Origin: Spirochaetia bacterium
GTDB taxonomy: Bacteria; Spirochaetota; Spirochaetia; UBA9216
Reading direction: 5' to 3'
DNA: 64,000 bases
NCBI GenBank assembly: GCA_963677925.2
Contig: CAXXYH010000004.1
Coordinates: forward strand, 512,001-576,000
In this document: one piece after another, positions 1 through 8,298 of the stretch
Layout: the number at the start of each line of letters is the position of its first letter
Numbering within the stretch: the first letter of the stretch is position 1
Position numbers and translations under genes: made by a program
Notes under the pieces: generated by a model
Seen by the model: the letters and a program-made list of their open reading frames with translations, nothing else
Database searches by the model: none
Told to the model about the DNA's origin: nothing

Positions 1-1
1 A

Positions 2-3000
2 AAAACAGAAAATGATCCTGAAGGTGGGAAGACATCATATGAATATTATGAGGATGGACTTATAAAAAGTACTATTGACCCAAGAGGGAATAGTGGGAAT
101 TACAGTGGGTTAGATTTTAAAGTAACATACAATTATGATAATTTAAAACGACTTACAAGTGCAGAGCTGCCCGCTAAAGTTGATGGAGGAGAAAGGCTTA
201 AAATAACTTTTGAATATGATCTTTTAGGAAATCTTATTAAGCAAACCGGTATTGATGGTCTTGTGACAACATATGAATATACTCCAAGACGTTGGTTAAG
301 ATCTCAGAATGTAACCGGGGATGGTAAAAGTTATCTGACTGAGAACGAATATGATAAAAAAGGCAATATAACTAAAACAGTAGATCCTCGTGGTGAACGT
401 ATTGTAATGGACTATGATGAACTGGATAGGCTTATATATAAGAAATCCGCAGAAGATGATATCAATAGATTCGACTATGATGAGGCAGGAAATTTAATAG
501 AATCATCATGGTATAAGAACGGAATTGAGATATCTGCAAGATATGATTATGATGATTATGGAAGGCTGTTGACCCAGTATCTACCAGTAGAGACTTCAGA
601 CGACAGTACTGATATTGAAAAAGCTCTTCTCTATGACCGGCTTGGAAATCTTACTAAAGAAACAGATGCTCTTGGAAATAGTGTCTACTATGAATATGAC
701 GGGTTAAATCGTTTAGTTCAGGAGACAAGTGATGCTGGTTTTACAAAAAGTTATTACTACGATGATGGCGGCAGATTAATTGAGAGTATAGATGCAAATG
801 GAAATGTTAGCAGCTATGGTTATAATGATCGTGGATTATTGCTAGTTAGAAATATAAATGGAATCAATGGGGCGAAATCGCTCACCTATGATTATGATGA
901 GGCAGGAAACCTCAAATGGGCACAAGATGATAGTGTTTATACAGGTTATAATGGGGCGGAACCAGGATTAAATGGATCTTATATCCCGGATGTTTATGGT
1001 CGTATCAAAGCGGTTATGACCCAATTAGACGGGAATAATTTTGATATTGAGTATCAGTATAATATATCTGATCAATTAGTAGGGATTACGGGTCCAGATG
1101 GAAATACAGTAGATTATAGTTATAATCTGCTAGGAGAGATCTTAGATGTTGAAGGTTATTTATTATCAGCACCGGTATATGATGAAGGTGGATTAATTAC
1201 ATCAATCACTGCAGCTAACGGAGTATCTCTTGGTATAGAGTATGATGGTGAGGGTAGAATAACTGACAGGGTTTTTAATGGACAGGAAGAAAGTTTTGAA
1301 AAGAAGTATTATCTATCATATGATACAGCAGGAAATATCTCAACCTTAACCAACGCAAGTGGTGTTCAGAGCACTTATTCCTATGATATTAAAAATCAGC
1401 TGATCTCTGCATATTTAAGAGGTGGTTTTGGTATAGCTACTGAAAATACCACAAATCAGGAAACGGTAGCAATTGAAACCGATGATGTTAATGGTGAAGG
1501 AATTCTAGAAGAGGTCGATAAAACTGAGATTTCATTAGATCATGCAGCAGGAAGTATCGGTGTGTCTCTTAGTGGAAGTTATAAAGTTGCAAGAATATAT
1601 CTTAATCCTGAAAGTGTTGATAATAGGGTAGAATCAGAAAATCTGAGAATATTCTTGAGTGCTGATAATACGGAAGGAAGCTATATTGAACAGACTGACT
1701 TCAGAATAAATGAAAATGAAGAAGGTGGTTTTGAAATAATTTTAAGACAACCAGTTACAGCTTCATTTGTCAAAGTTATGACTGATTTCAATGAACGGGA
1801 TATAGATTATAACCCTGTAGATAATTCAGAATTTAAAGGGTCTCCGGAAGAAATAATAAAAGTATATCATTATCTCTCTCTGAGGATAGAAAAATATAAT
1901 TACGACAATGCTGGCAATCGGACATCGGAAAAAGTAAGCTATGTGAGTGATGAGTTTAAGGGTGTAGATAAAGCATATGAATATTATCCAAAAACTAATA
2001 GAGTACTAACCGATGGAAAATTTATATATCAGTATGATTCTAACGGAAATATTTTAGCAAAAGGTACAATGATTATGGTATCTGGAGTCGAAACAGCGAT
2101 AAGTGATATCTCCGATTGGGCTCAATTTACTGATAGTACAAACAGTATAGAGTATGGAATCTCCGGAGAATTGTGGGAATATGAATATGATGTACTAAAC
2201 AGACTAATTACTGTAAGTAAGAATGCGGAGGAAGTTGCAAGTTATACTTACGATGCTAATGGTCTTAGAGTAAAGAAAGAGAAGGTTGGCGAATCTAAGT
2301 ACTATAGTTTTGATCTAAACGGCAACGTTATCTATGAACAGGATTTTGATGGAACTTACAGTAAGTACGTGTATATTCGAACAACCCGTTTTGTTCGAGA
2401 AGATGGACATACTGATGGAACAGAAGATGTTGAGCGATATTACTATCACACAGATCATCTTGGTTCGACGGTTATGATAACAGACGAAGCTGCTAAAGTA
2501 GTATGGGATAGTGAATATACGCCTTTTGGTGAGCTCAATGACGCTTACAAAAAAGATGAACAGATGGTACAATTTACCGGGAAGGATATGGATTTTGATA
2601 CTGGGCTGTATTACTACAATGCCAGATGGTATGACCCGAATCTCGGCCGATTCACCACAGAAGACCCGATTCGAGACGGCCTAAACTGGTATGCTTATGC
2701 TAATAATAATCCGCTGAAGTTCGTTGATCCGACTGGGTTGAAGAATGTTATATATGACGATGTCCGAAATGGGAATGCAATTTGTGAAGGTGATAAAATT
2801 CATGTTACAGCAACTGGAGCAGGTGGTGGGGTCGATATCTCGTTGAAAGGCTTTGGTAATGATGGATTTGTAATTTCAATGGACAGGGTCAGTGTTGATT
2901 TTGTTGTTGAAGAAACCGGAGAGTCGTTTAGTGCCGATTATATAAGCAAAGTTACTGATCGAAGTGGTCTTAATTTAAGTGTCAGTGTGTTTGCAACATT

Positions 3001-3328
3001 TATTGATGGGGAAAAAGAATATATAGCTGGAACCTCTCCGATGAAAATGGCCACTGACTTTTCAGGTGAAGCTGAAGGTGTTTCTGGTAGCATTTCACTT
3101 GGTCCAGTTACAATGGGAAGTGGTTTATATAGTGGAACTTGGGATGTAGGAATTTCTAATATAGGAATCGGATATGGACAGCCTATCACTGGTCAGCAGG
3201 AGCAAACTTCTACTACACCACCTAGATCATTTGAAATGAATGATAGTGGAACACCAGCTGAAGTAAATAATTCAAATTTCTCAGAAGGAGGTCCTTTCCC
3301 TTCCTATGATAAGTTATTAGAAGATTAG
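2..3328 (+). CDS. RHS/YD-repeat polymorphic toxin (5' partial, extends upstream of the window)
   Basis: Frame +2 is open from base 2 (KTENDPEGGKTSYEYY...). Many YD repeats, an RHS core (YYHTDHLGS, FTGKDMD..TGLYYYNARWYDP..GRFTTEDP, PLKFVDPTGL) and a variable C-terminal tip. Confidence 0.95.
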   Translation, partial: KTENDPEGGKTSYEYYEDGLIKSTIDPRGNSGNYSGLDFKVTYNYDNLKRLTSAELPAKVDGGERLKITFEYDLLGNLIKQTGIDGLVTTYEYTPRRWLRSQNVTGDGKSYLTENEYDKKGNITKTVDPRGERIVMDYDELDRLIYKKSAEDDINRFDYDEAGNLIESSWYKNGIEISARYDYDDYGRLLTQYLPVETSDDSTDIEKALLYDRLGNLTKETDALGNSVYYEYDGLNRLVQETSDAGFTKSYYYDDGGRLIESIDANGNVSSYGYNDRGLLLVRNINGINGAKSLTYDYDEAGNLKWAQDDSVYTGYNGAEPGLNGSYIPDVYGRIKAVMTQLDGNNFDIEYQYNISDQLVGITGPDGNTVDYSYNLLGEILDVEGYLLSAPVYDEGGLITSITAANGVSLGIEYDGEGRITDRVFNGQEESFEKKYYLSYDTAGNISTLTNASGVQSTYSYDIKNQLISAYLRGGFGIATENTTNQETVAIETDDVNGEGILEEVDKTEISLDHAAGSIGVSLSGSYKVARIYLNPESVDNRVESENLRIFLSADNTEGSYIEQTDFRINENEEGGFEIILRQPVTASFVKVMTDFNERDIDYNPVDNSEFKGSPEEIIKVYHYLSLRIEKYNYDNAGNRTSEKVSYVSDEFKGVDKAYEYYPKTNRVLTDGKFIYQYDSNGNILAKGTMIMVSGVETAISDISDWAQFTDSTNSIEYGISGELWEYEYDVLNRLITVSKNAEEVASYTYDANGLRVKKEKVGESKYYSFDLNGNVIYEQDFDGTYSKYVYIRTTRFVREDGHTDGTEDVERYYYHTDHLGSTVMITDEAAKVVWDSEYTPFGELNDAYKKDEQMVQFTGKDMDFDTGLYYYNARWYDPNLGRFTTEDPIRDGLNWYAYANNNPLKFVDPTGLKNVIYDDVRNGNAICEGDKIHVTATGAGGGVDISLKGFGNDGFVISMDRVSVDFVVEETGESFSADYISKVTDRSGLNLSVSVFATFIDGEKEYIAGTSPMKMATDFSGEAEGVSGSISLGPVTMGSGLYSGTWDVGISNIGIGYGQPITGQQEQTSTTPPRSFEMNDSGTPAEVNNSNFSEGGPFPSYDKLLED

Positions 3329-3347
3329 GATTTAGGTTGTTTATACT

Positions 3348-3812
3348 ATGAAATTAAACCGTAATATAGTTATAAGTATTATTATAATTGGAATGTTGAG
3401 TATTTTCGGAATTTTAGAATTGAGAGATTTTTTAATATTAAAGAATTTTAAAAATGTCTCTAATGATTTAGGTCGTTATATCACATCTTTTGATTTATGG
3501 TATGGGGAAAAAAGAACAAAAATAGAATCTACTGAAGACTTAGTTAAATTATTCAATAGGCTCATAAACGATGCAACAGAGAAAAAAATGTATCTACGTG
3601 GTGGGAATTATGATACGTATGTATTTAATATGTATTTGACGAATGGTGAGAAAATATATTTTCAAATTAAATTTGATTCTGATGAAAATGATATTTTTAT
3701 CGATGTTCAATACAAGAAAGTGTTAGTCTTCCAAAAATCAATTGTAAATAATCCAGAAAAGTTAGCTTGGTTAAAAGATGAATTAATTTTAACTTATACT
3801 CATTTGGATTAA
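3348..3812 (+). CDS. Putative RHS immunity protein with an N-terminal membrane anchor
   Basis: Small AT-rich ORF starting 19 bp after the RHS stop, with one N-terminal hydrophobic helix. The immunity role is inferred from position only. Confidence 0.65.
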   Translation: MKLNRNIVISIIIIGMLSIFGILELRDFLILKNFKNVSNDLGRYITSFDLWYGEKRTKIESTEDLVKLFNRLINDATEKKMYLRGGNYDTYVFNMYLTNGEKIYFQIKFDSDENDIFIDVQYKKVLVFQKSIVNNPEKLAWLKDELILTYTHLD

Positions 3813-4176
3813 ATTTAGGAGTAGAATCAGAAACACCAAGTTGATAAAAATTTATTTCCGTGCCAAGAATTTCGTCTAACACTTGTTAGACGAACCTGAA
3901 AGGGCGGTGAGGGTAGCTGCAATGCCGGCAGATTTTGTAACAACGGGCTGTTTTACGAAGTCTGCCGGTTAACTATATAAACCACCTTATAAGTTTAATG
4001 TATCAAAAACAGTATCAACTCAAGGCCTGAAAGTGCAGTTTCCCGAGCCGGTTTTGGGCGGGACAGAGAAAATATGCTTCATGTTGGGGTTAATAAAGGT
4101 TGCAAGGGTACCCCGCGGTTTTATTTATTTTAATGATTTGATAGTTAGAGGAGTACCCTAAAAGTGCTTTATTTTT

Positions 4177-4268
4177 AAGGAATAGTAAGGATTGACAAGG
4201 AATAGTTAAGGTGTTAAGTTTATATATATAAAGGAATTATGGAGTTAGTAGGAACAGCAAGGAGTAAT
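4177..4268 (+). repeat. Short direct repeats (AAGGAATAGT x2 plus 3 degenerate copies), candidate integrase arm-type sites
   Basis: AAGGAATAGT at 4177 and 4197, AAGGAATTAT at 4231, TAGGAACAGC at 4249 and AAGGAGTAAT at 4259, ending just before the tRNA fragment. Confidence 0.5.
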
Positions 4269-4269
4269 G

Positions 4270-4329
4270 ACGCTAGGTTCAGGGTCTAGTGTCCGTGCGG
4301 ACATGCTGGTTCGAGTCCAGTTCTGGGCA
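4270..4329 (+). tRNA. tRNA-Leu(CAG) 3' fragment (truncated; att-site remnant, not a complete gene)
   Basis: Anticodon arm CTAGG-TTCAGGG-TCTAG, long variable arm TGTCC-GTGC-GGACA, T arm GCTGG-TTCGAGT-CCAGT and acceptor 3' strand TCTGGGC-A. No GCCCAGA-like 5' strand or D arm upstream. Confidence 0.85.
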
Positions 4330-4369
4330 AAAAAAGACAAGTTTGCAAAGCAGGCTTGTCTTTTTTTTT
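4330..4369 (+). terminator. Intrinsic terminator after the tRNA fragment
   Basis: AAGACAAGTTTGC-AAA-GCAGGCTTGTCTT hairpin followed by a T9 tract. Confidence 0.85.
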
Positions 4370-4457
4370 ATCATGAAGAAATGGCGAGATCCGGAGCTGC
4401 GGCGCGAATGTGTAGCTCTTTATTTACTTTCCTTATTAAAGTATGATATTAAGTGAT

Positions 4458-5228
4458 ATGAAAACAATAAAAATTAGGATAACCACTTTTTTATTATTGG
4501 CAATGCTTTTTGTAAGCAGCTGTACTTCTGCTGATTCCGCACAAGGGAATATAACAGTTGATTTTGACTTTGACGCCAGCGTCGCCAGCAGCTGGAAAAA
4601 TATTTATGTAATCTGGCTTGAAAACAGTGCGGGAGAAATACAGAATCTATACGTCTGTAAGAGACTTCTTGACGGTTCAATCACCGATTATCGCTCCGCG
4701 CTTCCTTATTGGCAATTGAACCGCTATAACGGAGCAGATAAAAAATTTTTAGATGAGGTTGATGCAGTTACCGGTCCTACAGAAGCCAATAAAGATTTTT
4801 CCCTGACAGCTTCGATAAGTAAAGATTTAGGCGAAAAATTTACAGTATATTTTGAGATTGATCAGGCATTCGATTTTAACGACTGGTTTCCCGGAAAAGC
4901 ATACGATATGCGGGATCAGCCGTCTGTTGTTTATTCAGCTGATATTGACCTTTCGAAAGATCAGAAAAAATATGAACTTAAGGTATTAGGCTTTGTTCCA
5001 ATGTACGATTTTAGTAAATATGGAAATTTTAAACTTACTACAGAAGATCAGAAATTGAAGGACAATGGAACCCTGTCTTTTATCAAAGGTGAAATTTTTG
5101 AAGAAATGCGTTATATAACACACAGCATGAAAAGAGATAATGGAGTTATCAGTTTCGGTACGGAAGATAAAGCACAGAGCTCCATCCGTTCAATAGCCGG
5201 GATAAGCGTTATTATAGATAAGAAATGA
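4458..5228 (+). CDS. Lipoprotein, DUF2271-like
   Basis: Lipobox VSSC. IYVIWLEN...LPYW...VDAVTGPT resembles DUF2271. Start at 4458 preferred over 4443. Confidence 0.65.
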   Translation: MKTIKIRITTFLLLAMLFVSSCTSADSAQGNITVDFDFDASVASSWKNIYVIWLENSAGEIQNLYVCKRLLDGSITDYRSALPYWQLNRYNGADKKFLDEVDAVTGPTEANKDFSLTASISKDLGEKFTVYFEIDQAFDFNDWFPGKAYDMRDQPSVVYSADIDLSKDQKKYELKVLGFVPMYDFSKYGNFKLTTEDQKLKDNGTLSFIKGEIFEEMRYITHSMKRDNGVISFGTEDKAQSSIRSIAGISVIIDKK

Positions 5229-5235
5229 ACAGTTA

Positions 5236-5269
5236 CTTCAAGTGTTTATTTTTAACTAAACACTTGAAG
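5236..5269. terminator. Hairpin between convergent genes (probable bidirectional terminator)
   Basis: 13-bp inverted repeat CTTCAAGTGTTTA / TAAACACTTGAAG. Confidence 0.7.
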
Positions 5270-5305
5270 GTCTGTATTTACATTGTTCCAGATAGAATTT
5301 ATTCC

Positions 5306-6634
5306 TTAATTGTCTTCATTCTCGGCCTCTTTTTTTAAAACAGCGGCTAATACGGGATCCGAACCTGTTATATAGTCAGAGATACTCCAATCAACAGACA
5401 CATCCGGTTCAATGCCTCTCCCGCTGGGCAGATTCTCTACCCGAGTACTGAAAATTTGAGTGGAGTACCTGAGACGCAATCCGGTGTTTTTCAGCACGGC
5501 ATTAATAGAAGCATCAGAGCACATATATCCTCCCGAGCTTTGTGCTCCATAAAGAGTCCCTATCTCATGGTATTTCAGGAGGCTTAACAGAAAACTGTTC
5601 ATCGAAAAACCGGCTTCATCCATAAGGATATAGAGTTTACCGTTGAATGCGTAAGGGGATGGGGTTACAGGATTCTTCCATTTTGAAAGATAAATAGGAT
5701 TATTATCTGAATAAAACGGTATGGGTTTGTTTATGAGGTATTGAAAAAGCTCAACAGTCGGTTTGGTTGATCCCCCATAGTTCCCCCGCAGATCTATTAT
5801 CAGCATGGGTACATTGTTCTGCTCTATCTCTTTGAAGAAATTTTCCAGTTCTTTGTTATACTTTCTGGTTTGTGAGATGGCAAATGTTGGGATAACAGCC
5901 ATTGAGTAGTTTTTCTCATGATACAGATGATATGGAATATCGGCTGTTTCATGCACTATCCCCATACTTGTTTTTGCAAGAGCCGGATCATGGACAGCCT
6001 CTAATCTTGTTTGATATGTTCTGCCTCCGTCAGGTTCTAAGAGATCCATGTTAAAATGATCGGGGTTATCAATATAGGAGTAATACATGGAAGCGAACCA
6101 TCGTTCTGCATCATAACGAGGCCGACCGCGGTCTTCCCCGTCAGTGGTCATATTGCGGAGAATTTTTTCAATAATCATCTCTGAAGGTTCTTTATTGATG
6201 AAAAGGATTTCCGTTCCAGGAGCTATAATTTTATAGAAAGGATCATCCACGACATAGAGTTTTCCATGAATAATTCTTACGTTAAGCGGAAAAAATTTCC
6301 CATGCTCCTTCATAAACTTCTCAGTTTCGGCGGACACACTCAGAAAGCTGTGTCCGCATTTCAGTTCGGCAACTATCGGTGCAAGCTGCCTGTAGAACTC
6401 TATCTCTGTCATTTCTTTGTTGATAATAGGTTCTGTACTGTTCAGCATTTCATGGATTTTATTTCTGTCAGAGTAAAGCCCCGCTGTCTTGTTTTCAATA
6501 ATGGATCTGAACTGTTCGAAATCCTGACGGAGGTCTTTTATATCATATGTTTCTGCGGCATCACCGTTACTGGCACATGAAGCGCATATTACTGCAATTA
6601 CAAGGATAATCAAAGAACCACTATTATTGAACAT
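5306..6634 (-). CDS. S41 family peptidase, probable lipoprotein
   Basis: LKCGHS, IIDLRGNYGG, GFSM serine motif, GIEPDV and DPVL; N-terminal signal peptide with Cys. Confidence 0.85.
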   Translation of the reverse strand: MFNNSGSLIILVIAVICASCASNGDAAETYDIKDLRQDFEQFRSIIENKTAGLYSDRNKIHEMLNSTEPIINKEMTEIEFYRQLAPIVAELKCGHSFLSVSAETEKFMKEHGKFFPLNVRIIHGKLYVVDDPFYKIIAPGTEILFINKEPSEMIIEKILRNMTTDGEDRGRPRYDAERWFASMYYSYIDNPDHFNMDLLEPDGGRTYQTRLEAVHDPALAKTSMGIVHETADIPYHLYHEKNYSMAVIPTFAISQTRKYNKELENFFKEIEQNNVPMLIIDLRGNYGGSTKPTVELFQYLINKPIPFYSDNNPIYLSKWKNPVTPSPYAFNGKLYILMDEAGFSMNSFLLSLLKYHEIGTLYGAQSSGGYMCSDASINAVLKNTGLRLRYSTQIFSTRVENLPSGRGIEPDVSVDWSISDYITGSDPVLAAVLKKEAENEDN

Positions 6635-7070
6635 CTATGAACCTCTCTATGATTTTTACATATCCTGATGAATTTATTCCCGCAATGACAATTTTATATT
6701 CACCTTTTTTCATCCTGATGTCGGCAATGTTCGATTTTTTGTTTTCTAAAAGAGTTTCCACATTTCCTTCAGGATCCACCAGGCAAATTTTGAAATTTCC
6801 CCTGTTAATACTGCTTTCCATTGTCAACTGTAAAAAATACGATTCATCTCCCCGAATATGGAATAGTGTTTCTTTACCACAAAAATCGGAGAATGAAACA
6901 GAGACGTACCCGGCTTCCCTGATCTCTGCTTTATCCCTGTATGAATAACTGTCTGCTTCTGCAGCTATTCTTTTCATATCATCATAAATATCAATTTTCT
7001 CTGAAAAGTTTGAAGAACAAGCTGAGGCTATTATCAGTATCAATGATGTCATAAAAAATTTCTTTCTCAT
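6624..7070 (-). CDS. Hypothetical lipoprotein
   Basis: Lipobox ASAC, SD sequence AAGGAG, overlaps the S41 start (operon). Confidence 0.75.
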   Translation of the reverse strand: MRKKFFMTSLILIIASACSSNFSEKIDIYDDMKRIAAEADSYSYRDKAEIREAGYVSVSFSDFCGKETLFHIRGDESYFLQLTMESSINRGNFKICLVDPEGNVETLLENKKSNIADIRMKKGEYKIVIAGINSSGYVKIIERFIDVQ

Positions 7071-7118
7071 ATTTATCTCCTTAATGGATAATCTACAACT
7101 GACAGTTATTACGCGGTA

Positions 7119-7156
7119 TCGTACAAGTGTATGAATTTGCTCTTAGTACATATGTA
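7119..7156. promoter_or_regulatory. Two TACA-N2-TGTA palindromes (candidate LuxR-family operators)
   Basis: TACAAGTGTA at 7122-7131 and TACATATGTA at 7147-7156, upstream of the lipoprotein-S41 operon. Confidence 0.55.
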
Positions 7157-7232
7157 GGATAGAGAATGAAATATGAGGATAGGGCTTAAATAGTTATAGA
7201 GGATGGAAAATGTATATTTAGAACTTGTGTCT

Positions 7233-8129
7233 CTATGCCCTTGTCATTTTTGCTACAAGTTCGACCCTGTTCCGTACTTCCGCTTTCTCGAATAATCGGG
7301 ACATATGAGTTCTGACAGTTACCGGAGATATAAAGAGAACTTCACCGATTTCCTTATTAGTCATTCCTTTCATCAATTCAACCAGGACTTCAGTCTCTCT
7401 CTGGGTGAATCCGTAATTTTCTATTATTTCTTTATCTGGAAACCTGTTATCCGGAAGATGACCAACCCTGGCAAGATAATTCAGTAGAGTTATTATGGAA
7501 ATGAGGCTCCAGAGTGAAAGAAAAAGAAAATCCAGCGATATGGCCTGTTTATTCCGAAAGCCCAGATAAAACCAGATTAGATAGAAAATCAGGGATGCCA
7601 GGCTGAAGATAACAGTAATGCGCCCCAGTCCTTTCAAAAGTTTTTGCAGGGAATAATGCCACCCGTCTTTACTGCCGTTGAGTAAAGCAGACCCGACATA
7701 AAAAATATAGGCGGAAATAAAAACCATAAAAGGCAGATATAGAGCCTCAGCCCGGTCCGGATTAACCATGTAGAGTATTGTCCTTGAGACCTGAACCAGA
7801 ATTACTGTTAGAGTTGGATAAAAGGCTTTGTGAAAATTCATCCCTTTTAAATCCAGTAGCAGCAGAAATAAGAAAAAATAAAGAGCAAGTACAACTGTAA
7901 AACTAAGGAAGAGACTAACCCATTTCTGGAATAAAAAAGAATGTTCAGTAATCAGGTTGAAGGCCCAGACCATACTTCTCAGAAGGCTGAAAAGCAGAAC
8001 TATAAAAACAAACAGGAAGTTTTTCAGAACACTGTTTCCCAGGCATTTATAAAAAATCCCCAGGCTCACGGCCCCGCCGCAACCGAGGGAAAATAAAAGC
8101 AGATAAATAAGCAATACGCCTGTAGTCAT
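7233..8129 (-). CDS. Membrane-anchored LuxR-family transcriptional regulator
   Basis: About 7 hydrophobic segments followed by a LuxR HTH (FTQRETEVL...GMTNKEIGEVLFISPVTVRTHMSRLFEK). Confidence 0.9.
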   Translation of the reverse strand: MTTGVLLIYLLLFSLGCGGAVSLGIFYKCLGNSVLKNFLFVFIVLLFSLLRSMVWAFNLITEHSFLFQKWVSLFLSFTVVLALYFFLFLLLLDLKGMNFHKAFYPTLTVILVQVSRTILYMVNPDRAEALYLPFMVFISAYIFYVGSALLNGSKDGWHYSLQKLLKGLGRITVIFSLASLIFYLIWFYLGFRNKQAISLDFLFLSLWSLISIITLLNYLARVGHLPDNRFPDKEIIENYGFTQRETEVLVELMKGMTNKEIGEVLFISPVTVRTHMSRLFEKAEVRNRVELVAKMTRA

Positions 8130-8220
8130 ATCAGAGCAAATTTATTGCATATGTGTTCCGGTGTCAATTATTAAATTATCAAATATGAAATCATAGTTTT
8201 CGCCAATGAAAGAGATGAAA

Positions 8221-8238
8221 ATGCTACAGATGTAGCAT
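8221..8238. promoter_or_regulatory. Palindromic operator ATGCTACA-GA-TGTAGCAT
   Basis: Perfect 8-bp arms with the same TACA-N2-TGTA core as 7122 and 7147, upstream of the metallopeptidase. Confidence 0.55.
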
Positions 8239-8298
8239 AGGCAGCAGGGAATTTCATTAATAAGATTGCAGGAAAACAAATAAGAAGGAGAAAACCTT

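Larger units (their letters stand above)
1..4329. mobile_element. Right end of a genomic island integrated at tRNA-Leu(CAG)
   Basis: AT-rich RHS/immunity cargo ends at a tRNA 3' fragment that keeps the tRNA terminator. Short repeats next to it resemble integrase arm sites. No integrase in the window. Confidence 0.7.

Noticed and set aside
3871-3894. Bona fide integron/attC array
   Set aside because: Single site, far too short, no L boxes and no intI in the window; kept only as a low-ranked finding.
4240-4329. Complete functional tRNA-Leu gene
   Set aside because: No 5' acceptor strand complementary to TCTGGGC and no D arm upstream, so it is reported only as a fragment. An intron-split tRNA is unlikely because the anticodon loop is intact.
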